Notes under the pieces: model-generated | The model's input: the letters and a program-made list of their open reading frames with translations, nothing else | The model's database searches: none | Told to the model about the DNA's origin: nothing | Shown here: positions 1-11,699 of the stretch, in pieces | Layout of the letters: the number at the start of each line of letters is the position of its first letter | Numbering within the stretch: the stretch's first letter is position 1 | Position numbers and translations under genes: made by a program | DNA from: Dendrobates tinctorius | Lineage: Eukaryota | Direction: 5' to 3' | NCBI RefSeq assembly: GCF_039654945.1 | Contig: NW_027362160.1 | Span: 248,001-312,000 of the forward strand | DNA length: 64,000 nt

Positions 1-600
1 TGCCGCCAATCACCGGCCAATCCTGGCCCGGCACTCACCAGAGCCCGCCCACTCCGCGCTTGAATTCGGATTTGAACTCCCCTCCTAAAACTCCGCCCCC
101 CACTACTCTCCTGTAACCACGCCCACAACACAGAATGTCAACAAACAGGCGCGGCCCAGGAGCTGAGCGAAATTGCATCATGCGCGCAGTGCCTCATGGG
201 AATCGTAGTCCGCAGCTCCCTCAGCCAATCACCCCCGGCGACGTCACGCACCAATCGCCCCACCCGTTACATCACCTACCAATCAGCGACTCGGTATTAC
301 ACATTTACATAATCTAAACCCCGTAGTGTTACAGACGCTTGCGTCAGATAAAGTCATGTGACCGGCACTGCTGGCTGCTGTAACCTGCCGCAACCCGTGA
401 CGTCACACATGTCAGCCTTAAAGGGGAAGACACAGTACATCGCGTGGCCTGTGCGGCCGTCATGTGATTACAGCAGATATGAGGGAGGGGCTACATGAGG
501 ACGTGACATCACGGAATGGGCGGAGCCTGACACCTGGGAGTTGTAGTTCTTGCTTAGTGACAGTCGCTGTAGCAAAAGGGGAAAACCTTGTGAAATATAA
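1..600 (-). promoter_or_regulatory. CpG-island promoter and probable non-coding first exon of a minus-strand gene that continues out of the window (GTPBP2 is a candidate from human synteny only)
   Basis: CpG-rich. Several CCAAT boxes (~6, 18, 225, 252, 279), GC boxes, two ZNF143/Staf ACTACNNTCCCA motifs on the minus strand (197-210, 535-547), NRF1-like TGCGCGCA (181-188), CHR-like TTTGAA (71-76). Minus-strand donor TG|GTGAGT with the exon ending at 39. Confidence 0.6.
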
Positions 601-675
601 ACTTTTAATTTTTCTAAATAAAATTTAAAGACTCACAGACGTAAGTGATCCACAACTAGGATCAAGAAGCTCGAA

Positions 676-3570
676 AATACCACAGAGCAGGCCGAATACC
701 CACGAGGTGCCACGGAGCAGGCCGAATACCCACGAGGTGCCACGGAGCAGGCCGAATACCCACGAGGTGCCACGGAGCAGGCGGAATACCCACGAGGTGC
801 CACGGAGCAGGCGGAATACCCACGAGGTGCCACAGAGCAGGCCGAATACCCACGAGGTGCCACGGAGCAGGCCGAATACCCACGAGGTGCCACGGAGCAG
901 GCCGAATACCCACGAGGTGCCACGGAGCAGGCCGAATACCCACGAGGTGCCACGGAGCAGGCCGAATACCCACGAGGTGCCACGGAGCAGGCCGAATACC
1001 CACGAGGTGCCACGGAGCAGGCCGAATACCCACGAGGTGCCACGGAGCAGGCCGAATACCCACGAGGTGCCACGGAGCAGGCCGAATACCCACGAGGTGC
1101 CACGGAGCAGGCGGAATACCCACGAGGTGCCACGGAGCAGGCGGAATACCCACGAGGTGCCACAGAGCAGGCCGAATACCCACGAGGTGCCACGGAGCAG
1201 GCCGAATACCCACGAGGTGCCACGGAGCAGGCCGAATACCCACGAGGTGCCACGGAGCAGGCCGAATACCCACGAGGTGCCACGGAGCAGGCCGAATACC
1301 CACGAGGTGCCACGGAGCAGGCCGAATACCCACGAGGTGCCACGGAGCAGGCCGAATACCCACGAGGTGCCACGGAGCAGGCCGAATACCCACGAGGTGC
1401 CACGGAGCAGGCCGAATACCCACGAGGTGCCACAGAGCAGGCCGAATACCCACGAGGTGCCACGGAGCAGGCCGAATACCCACGAGGTGCCACGGAGCAG
1501 GCGGAATACCCACGAGGTGCCACAGAACAGGCGGAATACCCACGAGGTGCCACGGAGCAGGCCGAATACCCACGAGGTGCCACGGAGCAGGCCGAATACC
1601 CACGAGGTGCCACAGAGCAGGCCGAATACCCACGAGGTGCCACGGAGCAGGCCGAATACCCACGAGGTGCCACGGAGCAGGCGGAATACCCACGAGGTGC
1701 CACAGAGCAGGCGGAATACCCACGAGGTGCCACAGAGCAGGCGGAATACCCACGAGGTGCCACAGAGCAGGCCGAATACCCACGAGGTGCCACAGAGCAG
1801 GCCGAATACCCACGAGGTGCCACAGAGCAGGCCGAATACCCACGAGGTGCCACGGAGCAGGCCGAATACCCACGAGGTGCCACAGAGCAGGCCGAATACC
1901 CACGAGGTGCCACGGAGCAGGCCGAATACCCACGAGGTGCCACGGAGCAGGCCGAATACCCACGAGGTGCCACAGAGCAGGCGGAATACCCACGAGGTGC
2001 CACAGAACAGGCGGAATACCCACGAGGTGCCACGGAGCAGGCCGAATACCCACGAGGTGCCACAGAGCAGGCCGAATACCCACGAGGTGCCACAGAACAG
2101 GCGGAATACCCACGAGGTGCCACGGAGCAGGCCGAATACCCACGAGGTGACACGGAGCAGGCCGAATACCCACGAGGTGCCACAGAACAGGCGGAATACC
2201 CACGAGGTGCCACGGAGCAGGCGGAATACCCACGAGGTGACACGGAGCAGGCCGAATACCCACGAGGTGACACGGAGCAGGCCGAATACCCACGAGGTGC
2301 CACGGAGCAGGCCGAATACCCACGAGGTGCCACGGAGCAGGCCGAATACCCACGAGGTGCCACGGAGCAGGCCGAATACCCACGAGGTGCCACGGAGCAG
2401 GCCGAATACCCACGAGGTGCCACGGAGCAGGCCGAATACCCACGAGGTGCCACGGAGCAGGCCGAATACCCACGAGGTGCCACGGAGCAGGCCGAATACC
2501 CACGAGGTGCCACGGAGCAGGCCGAATACCCACGAGGTGCCACGGAGCAGGCCGAATACCCACGAGGTGCCACGGAGCAGGCCGAATACCCACGAGGTGC
2601 CACGGAGCAGGCCGAATACCCACGAGGTGCCACGGAGCAGGCCGAATACCCACGAGGTGCCACGGAGCAGGCCGAATACCCACGAGGTGCCACGGAGCAG
2701 GCCGAATACCCACGAGGTGCCACGGAGCAGGCCGAATACCCACGAGGTGCCACGGAGCAGTCCGAATACCCACGAGGTGCCACGGAGCAGTCCGAATACC
2801 CACGAGGTGCCACGGAGCAGTCCGAATACCCACGAGGTGCCACGGAGCAGGCCGAATACCCACGAGGTGCCACGGAGCAGGCCGAATACCCACGAGGTGC
2901 CACGGAGCAGGCGGAATACCCACGAGGTGCCACGGAGCAGGCGGAATACCCACGAGGTGCCACAGAACAGGCGGAATACCCACGAGTTGACACAGAACAG
3001 GCGGAATACCCACGAGTTGACACAGAACAGGCGGAATACCCACGAGGTGACACAGAACAGGCGGAATACCCACGAGTTGACACAGAACAGGCGGAATACC
3101 CACGAGGTGACACAGAACAGGCGGAATACCCACGAGGTGACACAGAACAGGCCGAATACCCACAGGGTGACACAGAACAGGCGGAATACCCATGAGGTGA
3201 CACAGAACAGACGGAATAACCACGAGGTGACACAGAACAGGCCGGATACCCATGAGGTGTCACAGAACAGGCCGGATACCCATGAGGTGTCACAGAACAG
3301 GCCGGATACCCACGAGGTGTCACAGAACAGGCGGAATACCCACGAGGTGACACAGAACAGGCGGAATACCCACGAGGTGACACAGAACAGGCGGAATACC
3401 CACGAGGTGACACAGAACAGGCGGAATACCCACGAGGTGACACAGAACAGGCGGAATACCCACGAGGTGACACAGAACAGGCGGAATACCCACGAGGTGA
3501 CACAGAACAGGCGGAATACCCACGAGGTGACACAGAACAGGCGGAATACCCACGAGGTGACACAGAACAG
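676..3570. repeat. 30-bp minisatellite (CACGGAGCAGGCCGAATACCCACGAGGTGC), ~96 copies
   Basis: Exact 30-bp period. Variant units (ACAGAAC, GCGG, GTGA) dominate the right end. Confidence 0.98.
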
Positions 3571-3996
3571 GCCTGCTAAGTGGTTCTGTGGAGTCTACCA
3601 AGCTGGGGTACCTCTTTCAGTACCACCCCGTGTTTTCGGAGGTCCGCTCTGCGTAGGTTGGAGTCTGAATGAATCTCGCTGGCTGGAATTCCTTTGTTAC
3701 ATGGGCGCATATAAAAGATCACTGCTTCTCCATGTATTTCCAGTCTGACAACACTTTACTCACAGGACACAGAATATATCATACAGATACAGAGGGCAGG
3801 CCAATAGAAAAACGGCAGGCCAGACATGCATTACAAAAGCTGCAGGTGGCCGGAGCCTGCCGATGTTTACTGTGGAAATTACAAAGGTGGGGGGAGGGCG
3901 GACAAAAGGGGAATGCTGATGCATTAGGGACATGCATCTCACATAGAACCTATTATACATATAACTGTACAACATATTCTGGGTGCTAAGTGGTTC

Positions 3997-6900
3997 TGTA
4001 ACACGTAACAGTCCTAGACGCCTCTTCACAGCCGGAGAACTAAATAAGCCGAAAGAAAGGGGAAATCTAAACTGCCCCAGAGCAGACCCCAAAGCAATAG
4101 ACAGCCCCCAACATGTATTGTCTGTGAAAACAGAAGAAAACACAAACAGAAAGACAGGCAGAGCAAATGATGGGGCCCAACTAACTAGATAGGAAAGGAC
4201 AGAAAAGATGCTGGCCGCAATCCGCAAAAACCCTACCAAAAATGTCCCAACACGTCTGATAGGAAAAACGGCCCTGAAGTCACTAGACTTCAAAATCCCT
4301 ATATCAGCACTCCGATATATATTCTGAAGACAGAGCAAAAGAGATTTAACCGATCAGGGACAAAAATGGAAATTCAGCAGAGCCCCAGCCGGGGCTGGCA
4401 GAACACAAAACTAAGCAAATCAGACAAAATCTCATGGAACAATAACAGAGCAAACTTAGCTTTAGAAGACAGGAACTGAACTGGAGGCCAGAGCTCAGAG
4501 CAGAGAAATCACCATCAACCCTACAGGGCGTCGGCTGCCTTATATCCACTCAGAGATTCTGGATGTCCAATCGCAATCCACCTGTTCAGGTGACAGGTTT
4601 CTCCCATCCAAATCAGTTTCACCACCTCCTTTCTCCAGCAGAGGGAGTTCATCGGACATCAAAGATGAACGAGAAAATGAGCTCACAACAGTACCTCCCC
4701 CTTGAGGAGGGGTCACCGAACCCTCATCCACGCCACCAGGCTGATCAGGATGGGCCCGATGAAAAGCACGAACCAATCTTTCGGCATGAATATCAGATGC
4801 AGAGACCCAAGAATTTTCCTCCTGGCCATAACCCTTCCACTTAACCAAATACTGGAGTCTCCGTCCAGCCAGACGAGAATCCAGTATCTTCTCAACATCA
4901 TATTCCACATTACCTTCAACCAATACAGGGTCAGGAGGTGCCACCATAGGAACTACTGGCTCAACAAACCTCTTCAACAGAGACTTATAAAACACGTTAT
5001 GGATCTTACATGTAACAGGAAGAGCCAATCGAAAAGAGACTGGATTAAGAATCTCCAAAATCTTGTAAGGTCCAATAAATCTAGTTTTAAACTTTGGAGA
5101 AGCCACCTTCATAGAGATATTCTTTGATGACAACCAAACCATATCACCCACCTTAAACCGGGGACCAATAGTCCTATGCCGGTTGGAAAACCGCTGGCCC
5201 TTTTCCTGGGAGAGAGACAACTTATCCACCACTTGGTACCAAATCTGGTGCATTCTCTCCACGACAGTGTCAACACCTGGGCAGGCAGAAGACTCCACCT
5301 GCCCTGAAGAGAATCGAGGCTGAAACCCAAAGTTACAAAAAAAAGGAGACATCAAAGTGGCAGAACTAGCTCTATTATTTAAAGCAAATTCGGCCAAGGG
5401 CAAAAATGAGACCCAATCATCCTGATCAGCAGAGATAAAACATCTAAAATAAGACTCCAAAGTCTGGTTTGTTCTCTCCGTCTGCCCATTGGTCTGAGGG
5501 TGAAACGCAGAGGAGAAGGACAACTGAATTCCCAGCTTGGAACAAAAAGTCCTCCAAAATCTAGAGACAAACTGAACTCCTCTGTCAGATACAATTTTCT
5601 CAGGAATCCCGTGCAAGCGAACCACCTTTTGCAAATACAAGGGCACCAGCTCTGAGGAAGATGGCAACTTAGGGAGTGGTAGAAGATGGACCATCTTAGA
5701 GAATCTATCACAAATCACCCAAATAACAGTCATTCTCTGAGAGACAGGCAGATCAGAAATAAAATCCATTGAAATATGGGTCCATGGCCTCCGGGGCACC
5801 GGCAAAGGCATCAACAACCCACTAGAGCGAGACCAAGGTTTAGACTGGGAGCAAGTCCCACAGGACTGCACAAAATTCCTGACATCACGAGATAAGGCGG
5901 GCCACCAAAAAGACCGACTCACCAAATCTCTAGTACCAAAAATACCTGGATGACCAGCCAATGCGGAGCAATGAACTTCAGACATTACTCTCTTCCTCCA
6001 CTGGTCAGGAACATACAATTTTCCAATGGGACAACGCTCAGGTTTGTCCTCCTGAAACTCTTCCAGAGCAAGTCTCAAATCGGGCGAGATGGCAGAAAGA
6101 ACTACCCCCTCGCCTAAGATGGTAGCAGGCTTGGTCACAATTGGAGAATCAGCAAAGAAACTCCTAGAGAGGGCATCTGCCTTGACATTCTTAGTGCCCG
6201 GAAGAAAAGAGACCACAAAATCAAAACGTGTGAAAAACGAGGCCCACCTAGCCTGTCTAGGATACAAGCGTTTGGCCGACTCAAGGTAAATCAAATTCTT
6301 GTGGTCAGTGAGGACCACGACTTGATGTCTAGCTCCCTCCAACCAATGTCTCCACTCCTCAAATGCCCATTTCATGGCTAACAGTTCCCGATTCCCCACA
6401 TCATAGTTGCGTTCAGATGGGGAGAACTTTCGGGAAAAGAAAGCACAGGGATTCATTTTAGATGTTACCGGATCTTTTTGGGACAAAACAGCTCCTGCAC
6501 CAATCTCAGAAGCGTCCACCTCTACCTGAAACGGGAGTGAGACATCAGGTTGCCGCAAAACTGGAGCAGAAGTGAACCTCCGCTTCAGCTTCTGAAAGGA
6601 AGAAACAGCCTCTGGAGACCAATTCAGCACATCAGCACCCTTCTTAGTCAAATCAGTCAATGGTTTGGCAATACCAGAAAAATTAGCTATAAATTTACGA
6701 TAAAAATTAGCAAAACCCAAAAACTTCTGGAGAGCCTTCAAAGAAGTGGGCTGAACCCAATCATAAATGGCCTGTACCTTGGCTGCGTCCATTTCAATAG
6801 TTGACTGAGACAAAATAAATCCCAAAAATGAAATCCTCTGTACCCCAAAAAGGCATTTCGACGCCTTAACAAACAGGGAATTCTCCCTCAAAATCCGGAA

Positions 6901-8828
6901 CACAGTCCGAACATGTTCCACATGAGAATCCCAATCACTAGAAAAGATCAAAATATCATCCAGATAGATGATCAAAAATGTATCCACAATGTCCCGGATA
7001 ATATCATTCATGAAGCACTGGAAGACAGAAGGGGCATTAGTGAGCCCAAAAGGCATCACCAGGTACTCAAAATGTCCCTCCGGAGTATTAAACGCCGTCT
7101 TCCATTCATCCCCATGCTTAATGCGAATAAGATTATACGCCCCCCTGAGGTCAAGCTTGGTAAACCAGCAAGCACCTTTAACTCTGGAGAATAGATCAGA
7201 AATCAGGGGTAACGGATACTGATATTTAACAGTAATTTTGTTGAGGGAACGATAGTCAATACAAGGTCTTAAAGAACCATCCTTCTTGGCCACAAAAAAA
7301 CCCCCAGCACCTAAGGGTGACGAGGATGGTCTAATATGACCCTTCTCCAACGACTCCTTAATATAAGATCGCATAGCCTCGTGCTCGGGTACAGATAAAT
7401 TGAAAAGTCGACCCTTGGGAAATTTACACCCCGGGCTCAGCTCAATTGCACAGTCATAACTCCTATGAGGAGGCAAAGACGCAGACTTATCCTCACTAAA
7501 TACATCATAAAAGTCCGCCAAATAGTCAGGAACATCATGCGACTGAGGAGAGGTGGAAAACAGGAGCATCACTAAGGGCACACCGACAACCCCAACTCAC
7601 CACAGACACAGATTTCCAATCCAAAACTGGAATATGGATTTGCAACCAGGGAAACCCCAGAACAATGGTATCATGCAGATTATGCAGCACCAAAAATCTG
7701 CAATTTTCTTGATGGTCTGGGGCGACCCGCATTAGCACCTGGGTCCAAAACTGAGGTTTATTCTTCGCCAAAGGAGTAGCATCAATACCCCTCAAAGGGA
7801 TAGGCGTCCGCAGAGGCATCATAGGAAACCCACAATGCTTAGCAAAATCCAAGTCCATCAGGTTCAGAGCCGCTCCCGAATCCACAAAAGCCTTAGCGGA
7901 AAATGTGGACAAGGAGCAGATCAGAGTAATTGCCAGAAGAAACTTTAGGTTGAACACCACCCACAGCAAATGTGTGTGCAAAACGTTTCTCTCGTTTAGG
8001 GCAGACAGAAATATTATGAGAGGCATCTCCACAGAAAAAACACAGCTTATTACGCCTTCTGAACTCCTGACGTTGCGCCCTAGACAAAACTCTATCACAT
8101 TGCATAGGTTCAGACATTTGTTCAACAGGTGGCAACATTTCTTGTGTAATTTTACGTTCACGTAAACGCCGATCAACCTGAATGGCTAATAGCATAGAAT
8201 CGTCAAGACCAGAGGGAACAGGAAATCCCACCATAGTATCTTTTACGGTTTCTGACAAATCCTTCCGAAAGAGAGCTGCCAATGCGCTATCATTCCAGGT
8301 AGTAAGGACCGCCCACTTTCTGAATTTTTGACAGTACAACTCTGCAGAATCCTGACCCTGGTTCAATGCCAATAGGGCTTTTTCAGCTTGATCAACAGCA
8401 TTAGGTTCATCATACAACAACCCCAAGGCTTGAAAAAATGCGTTCACATTAGTAAGAATAGGATCATCAGGTGTCAAAGAAAACGCCTAATCCTGGGGAT
8501 CGCCACGCAGCAAAGAGATGACAATTTTAACCTGCTGCGCTGAGCTCCCCGATGAGTTAGGCTTCAAGGCAAGAAATAATTTACAATTATTCTTAAAATT
8601 CAAAAATTTAGACCGATCCCCAAATAATACATCAGGTGTAGGGATCTTTGGTTCAGCAGCATGTGAATGAGCAAGATAGGCGGAAATTCCCTGCACTTCA
8701 GCAGCGAGCTGCTCCACACGATCAGACAATTGTTTAATCTCCATTAGGAAAAAGAAAAAAAATCCTCTTACGGCCCCAGAGAAAAAAGAGGAAAAAATAT
8801 CAAAGGTGAACGAGAAAATGAGCTCACA
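3997..8828 (-). mobile_element. Gypsy LTR retrotransposon, Tf1/sushi-like chromovirus (copy A), defective; 3' LTR ~3997-4690 truncated in U5, 5' LTR reduced to ~30 bp
   Basis: gag starts at 8744 (MEIKQL...) with a stop at 8487 and frameshifts. Zinc knuckle CFFCGDASH, protease FVDSGA, RT YLDD, RNase H DAS, integrase GQTERTNQ, chromodomain [11 protein letters not shown] abuts 4690. 8798-8828 matches the LTR start. Confidence 0.95.
4540..7581 (-). CDS. Gypsy pol segment (RT-RNase H-integrase-chromodomain), open frame in a defective element
   Basis: 1013-aa ORF with [47 protein letters not shown]. Confidence 0.9.
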   Translation of the reverse strand: MPLVMLLFSTSPQSHDVPDYLADFYDVFSEDKSASLPPHRSYDCAIELSPGCKFPKGRLFNLSVPEHEAMRSYIKESLEKGHIRPSSSPLGAGGFFVAKKDGSLRPCIDYRSLNKITVKYQYPLPLISDLFSRVKGACWFTKLDLRGAYNLIRIKHGDEWKTAFNTPEGHFEYLVMPFGLTNAPSVFQCFMNDIIRDIVDTFLIIYLDDILIFSSDWDSHVEHVRTVFRILRENSLFVKASKCLFGVQRISFLGFILSQSTIEMDAAKVQAIYDWVQPTSLKALQKFLGFANFYRKFIANFSGIAKPLTDLTKKGADVLNWSPEAVSSFQKLKRRFTSAPVLRQPDVSLPFQVEVDASEIGAGAVLSQKDPVTSKMNPCAFFSRKFSPSERNYDVGNRELLAMKWAFEEWRHWLEGARHQVVVLTDHKNLIYLESAKRLYPRQARWASFFTRFDFVVSFLPGTKNVKADALSRSFFADSPIVTKPATILGEGVVLSAISPDLRLALEEFQEDKPERCPIGKLYVPDQWRKRVMSEVHCSALAGHPGIFGTRDLVSRSFWWPALSRDVRNFVQSCGTCSQSKPWSRSSGLLMPLPVPRRPWTHISMDFISDLPVSQRMTVIWVICDRFSKMVHLLPLPKLPSSSELVPLYLQKVVRLHGIPEKIVSDRGVQFVSRFWRTFCSKLGIQLSFSSAFHPQTNGQTERTNQTLESYFRCFISADQDDWVSFLPLAEFALNNRASSATLMSPFFCNFGFQPRFSSGQVESSACPGVDTVVERMHQIWYQVVDKLSLSQEKGQRFSNRHRTIGPRFKVGDMVWLSSKNISMKVASPKFKTRFIGPYKILEILNPVSFRLALPVTCKIHNVFYKSLLKRFVEPVVPMVAPPDPVLVEGNVEYDVEKILDSRLAGRRLQYLVKWKGYGQEENSWVSASDIHAERLVRAFHRAHPDQPGGVDEGSVTPPQGGGTVVSSFSRSSLMSDELPLLEKGGGETDLDGRNLSPEQVDCDWTSRISEWI

Positions 8829-9239
8829 GGAGATATGGTTATTATATCTCTGCGGTGTATGGTTTTTACAATATGACTTGTTTTAATACTTCCCATACAC
8901 TGGCATACAGCCTCGTGTTTTCAACAAAGAGACCTTTTCCCCCTAGCTGTGCTTCGAGAGGAAATGCCCGGTATTAGGTTTCCAGCAAGCACAGAGCTGA
9001 TAAGGAGGGGGGTTGCAGCTACATGACAGGCTCGTCTCCTCAGTGTGTAGCAATGGGGAATTTCTAGAAGGTTCTAGAAACATCATACTTTACTTTAACA
9101 TACAGATATTACAGACATTTTACATTACACAAGTAACGGAAAATAACTTTATTATAACATCCAAAGAGAGACACGAGGGCATGGGGACTGGAAAATACAC
9201 CTGAAAAACAACAATTATCATTTACAAAACTTCACGTGT

Positions 9240-10250
9240 GTGTGCTCAGTGGGCTGTGAGGTTTGGATAGATCACCAGGATCAGGTGTCGTTTGCCCCTT
9301 CTTTTATAGAAGCACTCTGGCGGGGCCTGTGATTGGCTGACACATGCTGCTGACGCTATTATTACATTGGCCCTGTTCTATTTATATGGACCCGGGTGCA
9401 GTATGCTGATCGCTATTAGGACGATTTTCTTTAATTACCATAGAGTTGGCATTATTTACATGGGGATACCTGAGCGCTGCTGCTTTTGCTTTGGGACTGC
9501 GGTCATGTGACTTGGTCCTGTGACCGCGCTCTGCCTGACATGGGTTGGTGCGATTGCGGCCATGTGACTTGTCATGTGACTGCTCTCGGAGCATTATGGG
9601 CTTCTATAGCTGCAGATAGATGGACCGCGCTGAACGCTACAGCGCATGCGCGGTTTTTATGACATGGTATCGCGAGATTTGGGTCCTGTGTTGTCATTTC
9701 CTTTGCAGAAACAGGCTGGCGCTGTGTGATGACTCTAGGGGGCGGTTGTTGAACACTGGAGAGCGGACCTATGATATCTTGGAATGTGTAGGTAAATCTA
9801 ATAGGTCACGGGTTTGGCACCGATTTTAAGGGGATACAGTAATTGGCTAACTAGTCCGACTTGTGGTACTTTTGGTATGACCATATCTGATTGGCAGAGG
9901 GTTGCTAAGCTATATGGGGACGCTGACACATGATTGGTGGTTATATGTTTGTTTACTTTCACCATGTGCTGTTAGGATTGCACCATTTCTGTAATATTCT
10001 TTAATGACTATACTCACACTGTATTGTTATTTATTTGTTTTGTATTTTTGCATGCATTATTGCTATTTATTTAATAATGGGTGGATACTTGATATTGATT
10101 GGCCATTTTGGCCTATTTAAGACCGCCATATTTGCTGTGCATTATGGTTGAAAAAGACCATGTGATGGACAAAACGTTGTATATCTTCAAGGCGAAATAA
10201 ACCTCTATATATTCCTTCACCTGGATGGGAAGTTGCTCTTCTTCATTTTC
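9240..10250 (+). mobile_element. Probable Penelope-like element terminal (pLTR) fragment
   Basis: TTGAAAAAGACC...GGACAAAACGTTG (degenerate hammerhead-type motif) followed by AATAAA at ~10196. No coding domain. Boundaries approximate. Confidence 0.4.
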
Positions 10251-10254
10251 TTTG

Positions 10255-10768
10255 GATGTCACATGTCAGTCACATGTCAGGGTCACATGTCAGAGTCAGA
10301 TGTCAAAGTCAGATGTCAAAGTCAGATGTCAAAGTCAGATGTCAGAGTCAGATGTCAGAGTCAGATGTCAGTCACGTCAGTCAGATGTCAGAGTCAGATG
10401 TCAAAGTTACATGTCAGAGTCACATGTCAGAGTCAGATGTCAGTCACATGTCAGAGTCAGATGTCAGTCACATGTCAGAGTCAGATGTCAGTCACATGTC
10501 AGTCACATGTCAGTCACATGTCAGAGTCACATGTCAGAGTCAGATGTCAGTCACATGTCAGAGTCAGATGTCAGTCACATGTCAGAGTCAGATGTCAGTC
10601 ACATGTCAGAGTCAGATGTCAGTCAAATGTCAGAGTCAGATGTCAAAGTTACATGTCAGAGTCAGATGTCAGAGTCACATGGCAGACTCAGATGTCAATC
10701 ACATGTCAGATGTCAATGTCAGTCACATGTCAGAGTCACGTCAGAATCACATGTCAGAGTCACATGTC
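10255..10768. repeat. GTCAGA/GTCACAT simple tandem repeat, left half (split by Gypsy copy B)
   Basis: Mixed 6-13-nt motifs. The same repeat resumes at 18337. Confidence 0.95.
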
Positions 10769-11699
10769 TGTTGTGAGTTCATTTTCCCCTTCACTACTGA
10801 GGCCCGAGGAACTCCCTCTTCTGGTGAAGAAAGGTAGTGAGCCTGATTGTCAAACACCTGGGGCTGATGATGATGACTGGCTGAGTGGAGTTAATGACTG
10901 GATATAAGGCTGCCGACGCCCTTCTGGCCTGCGGGTGATTTCTCTGTGGACTTCTAGGAAACCAGTCTGATTCCTGCTCATCTAAAGCTAAGATTTCTGC
11001 TTTGCCTTTTTGCATTAGTGTTTTGTTTTCCTTGCTTTTCTGAATTCTGCCATTCCCTGCTGGGGTGAGCTGAATCTCCTTTTGCCTGTTGCTCTGTCTT
11101 CAGAATATTCCTGAGTACTGACATAGCTTTTTTGAAGCCTAGCGTCTTCAGGGCCTTTTTTACTGTCAGTTTGTTGGCTCTTATTTTCATAGGGTTTTTC
11201 ACGGATTGCAGACAGCAGCCTTCCTGTCCTTTCCTATCTAAGCTAGCGTGGGCCCGGTCTTTGCTCAGTCTATCTTTCTGTCTGTGTTTTGTTCTTTCTT
11301 CTTGCTTCACCGTCATTATATGTTGGGGGCTGCCTTTTACTTTGGGGTCTGCTCTGGGGCAGTTTAGATTTCCCTTTCTGTCTTTAGGCTATGTAGTCCT
11401 CCGGCTGTGATCGAGGGGCCTAGGGCATCGTAGGAACCCCCCACGGCTACTGTTAGTTGTGTTGATAGGTTCAGGGGTCTGCAATCCGATAGCTGCCAAC
11501 TTCTCTGGTTTTCTGGAGTTAGCTAGCATTTCTATTTTTGCCTCCTACGGTGATTCAATCATAACAGAATCACCCGCCATACCGCAGATCCTAGGGTACT
11601 CAATAGCAGGAAAGAATTGTATAAAAAAAAAAATAAAAAGTGTGTATATTTTTTCCTCTATATCTCTGAGGCCATAGGGGGAATTTTTTTTTTCTCTCA

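Noticed and set aside
633-3748. ORFs of 863-1013 aa on both strands
   Set aside because: Translations of a 30-bp unit lacking stop codons, open in several frames; no non-repeat domain.
10978-11410. Small ORFs repeated at 17748-18180
   Set aside because: They are duplicated only because they lie in the two LTRs; no recognisable domain.
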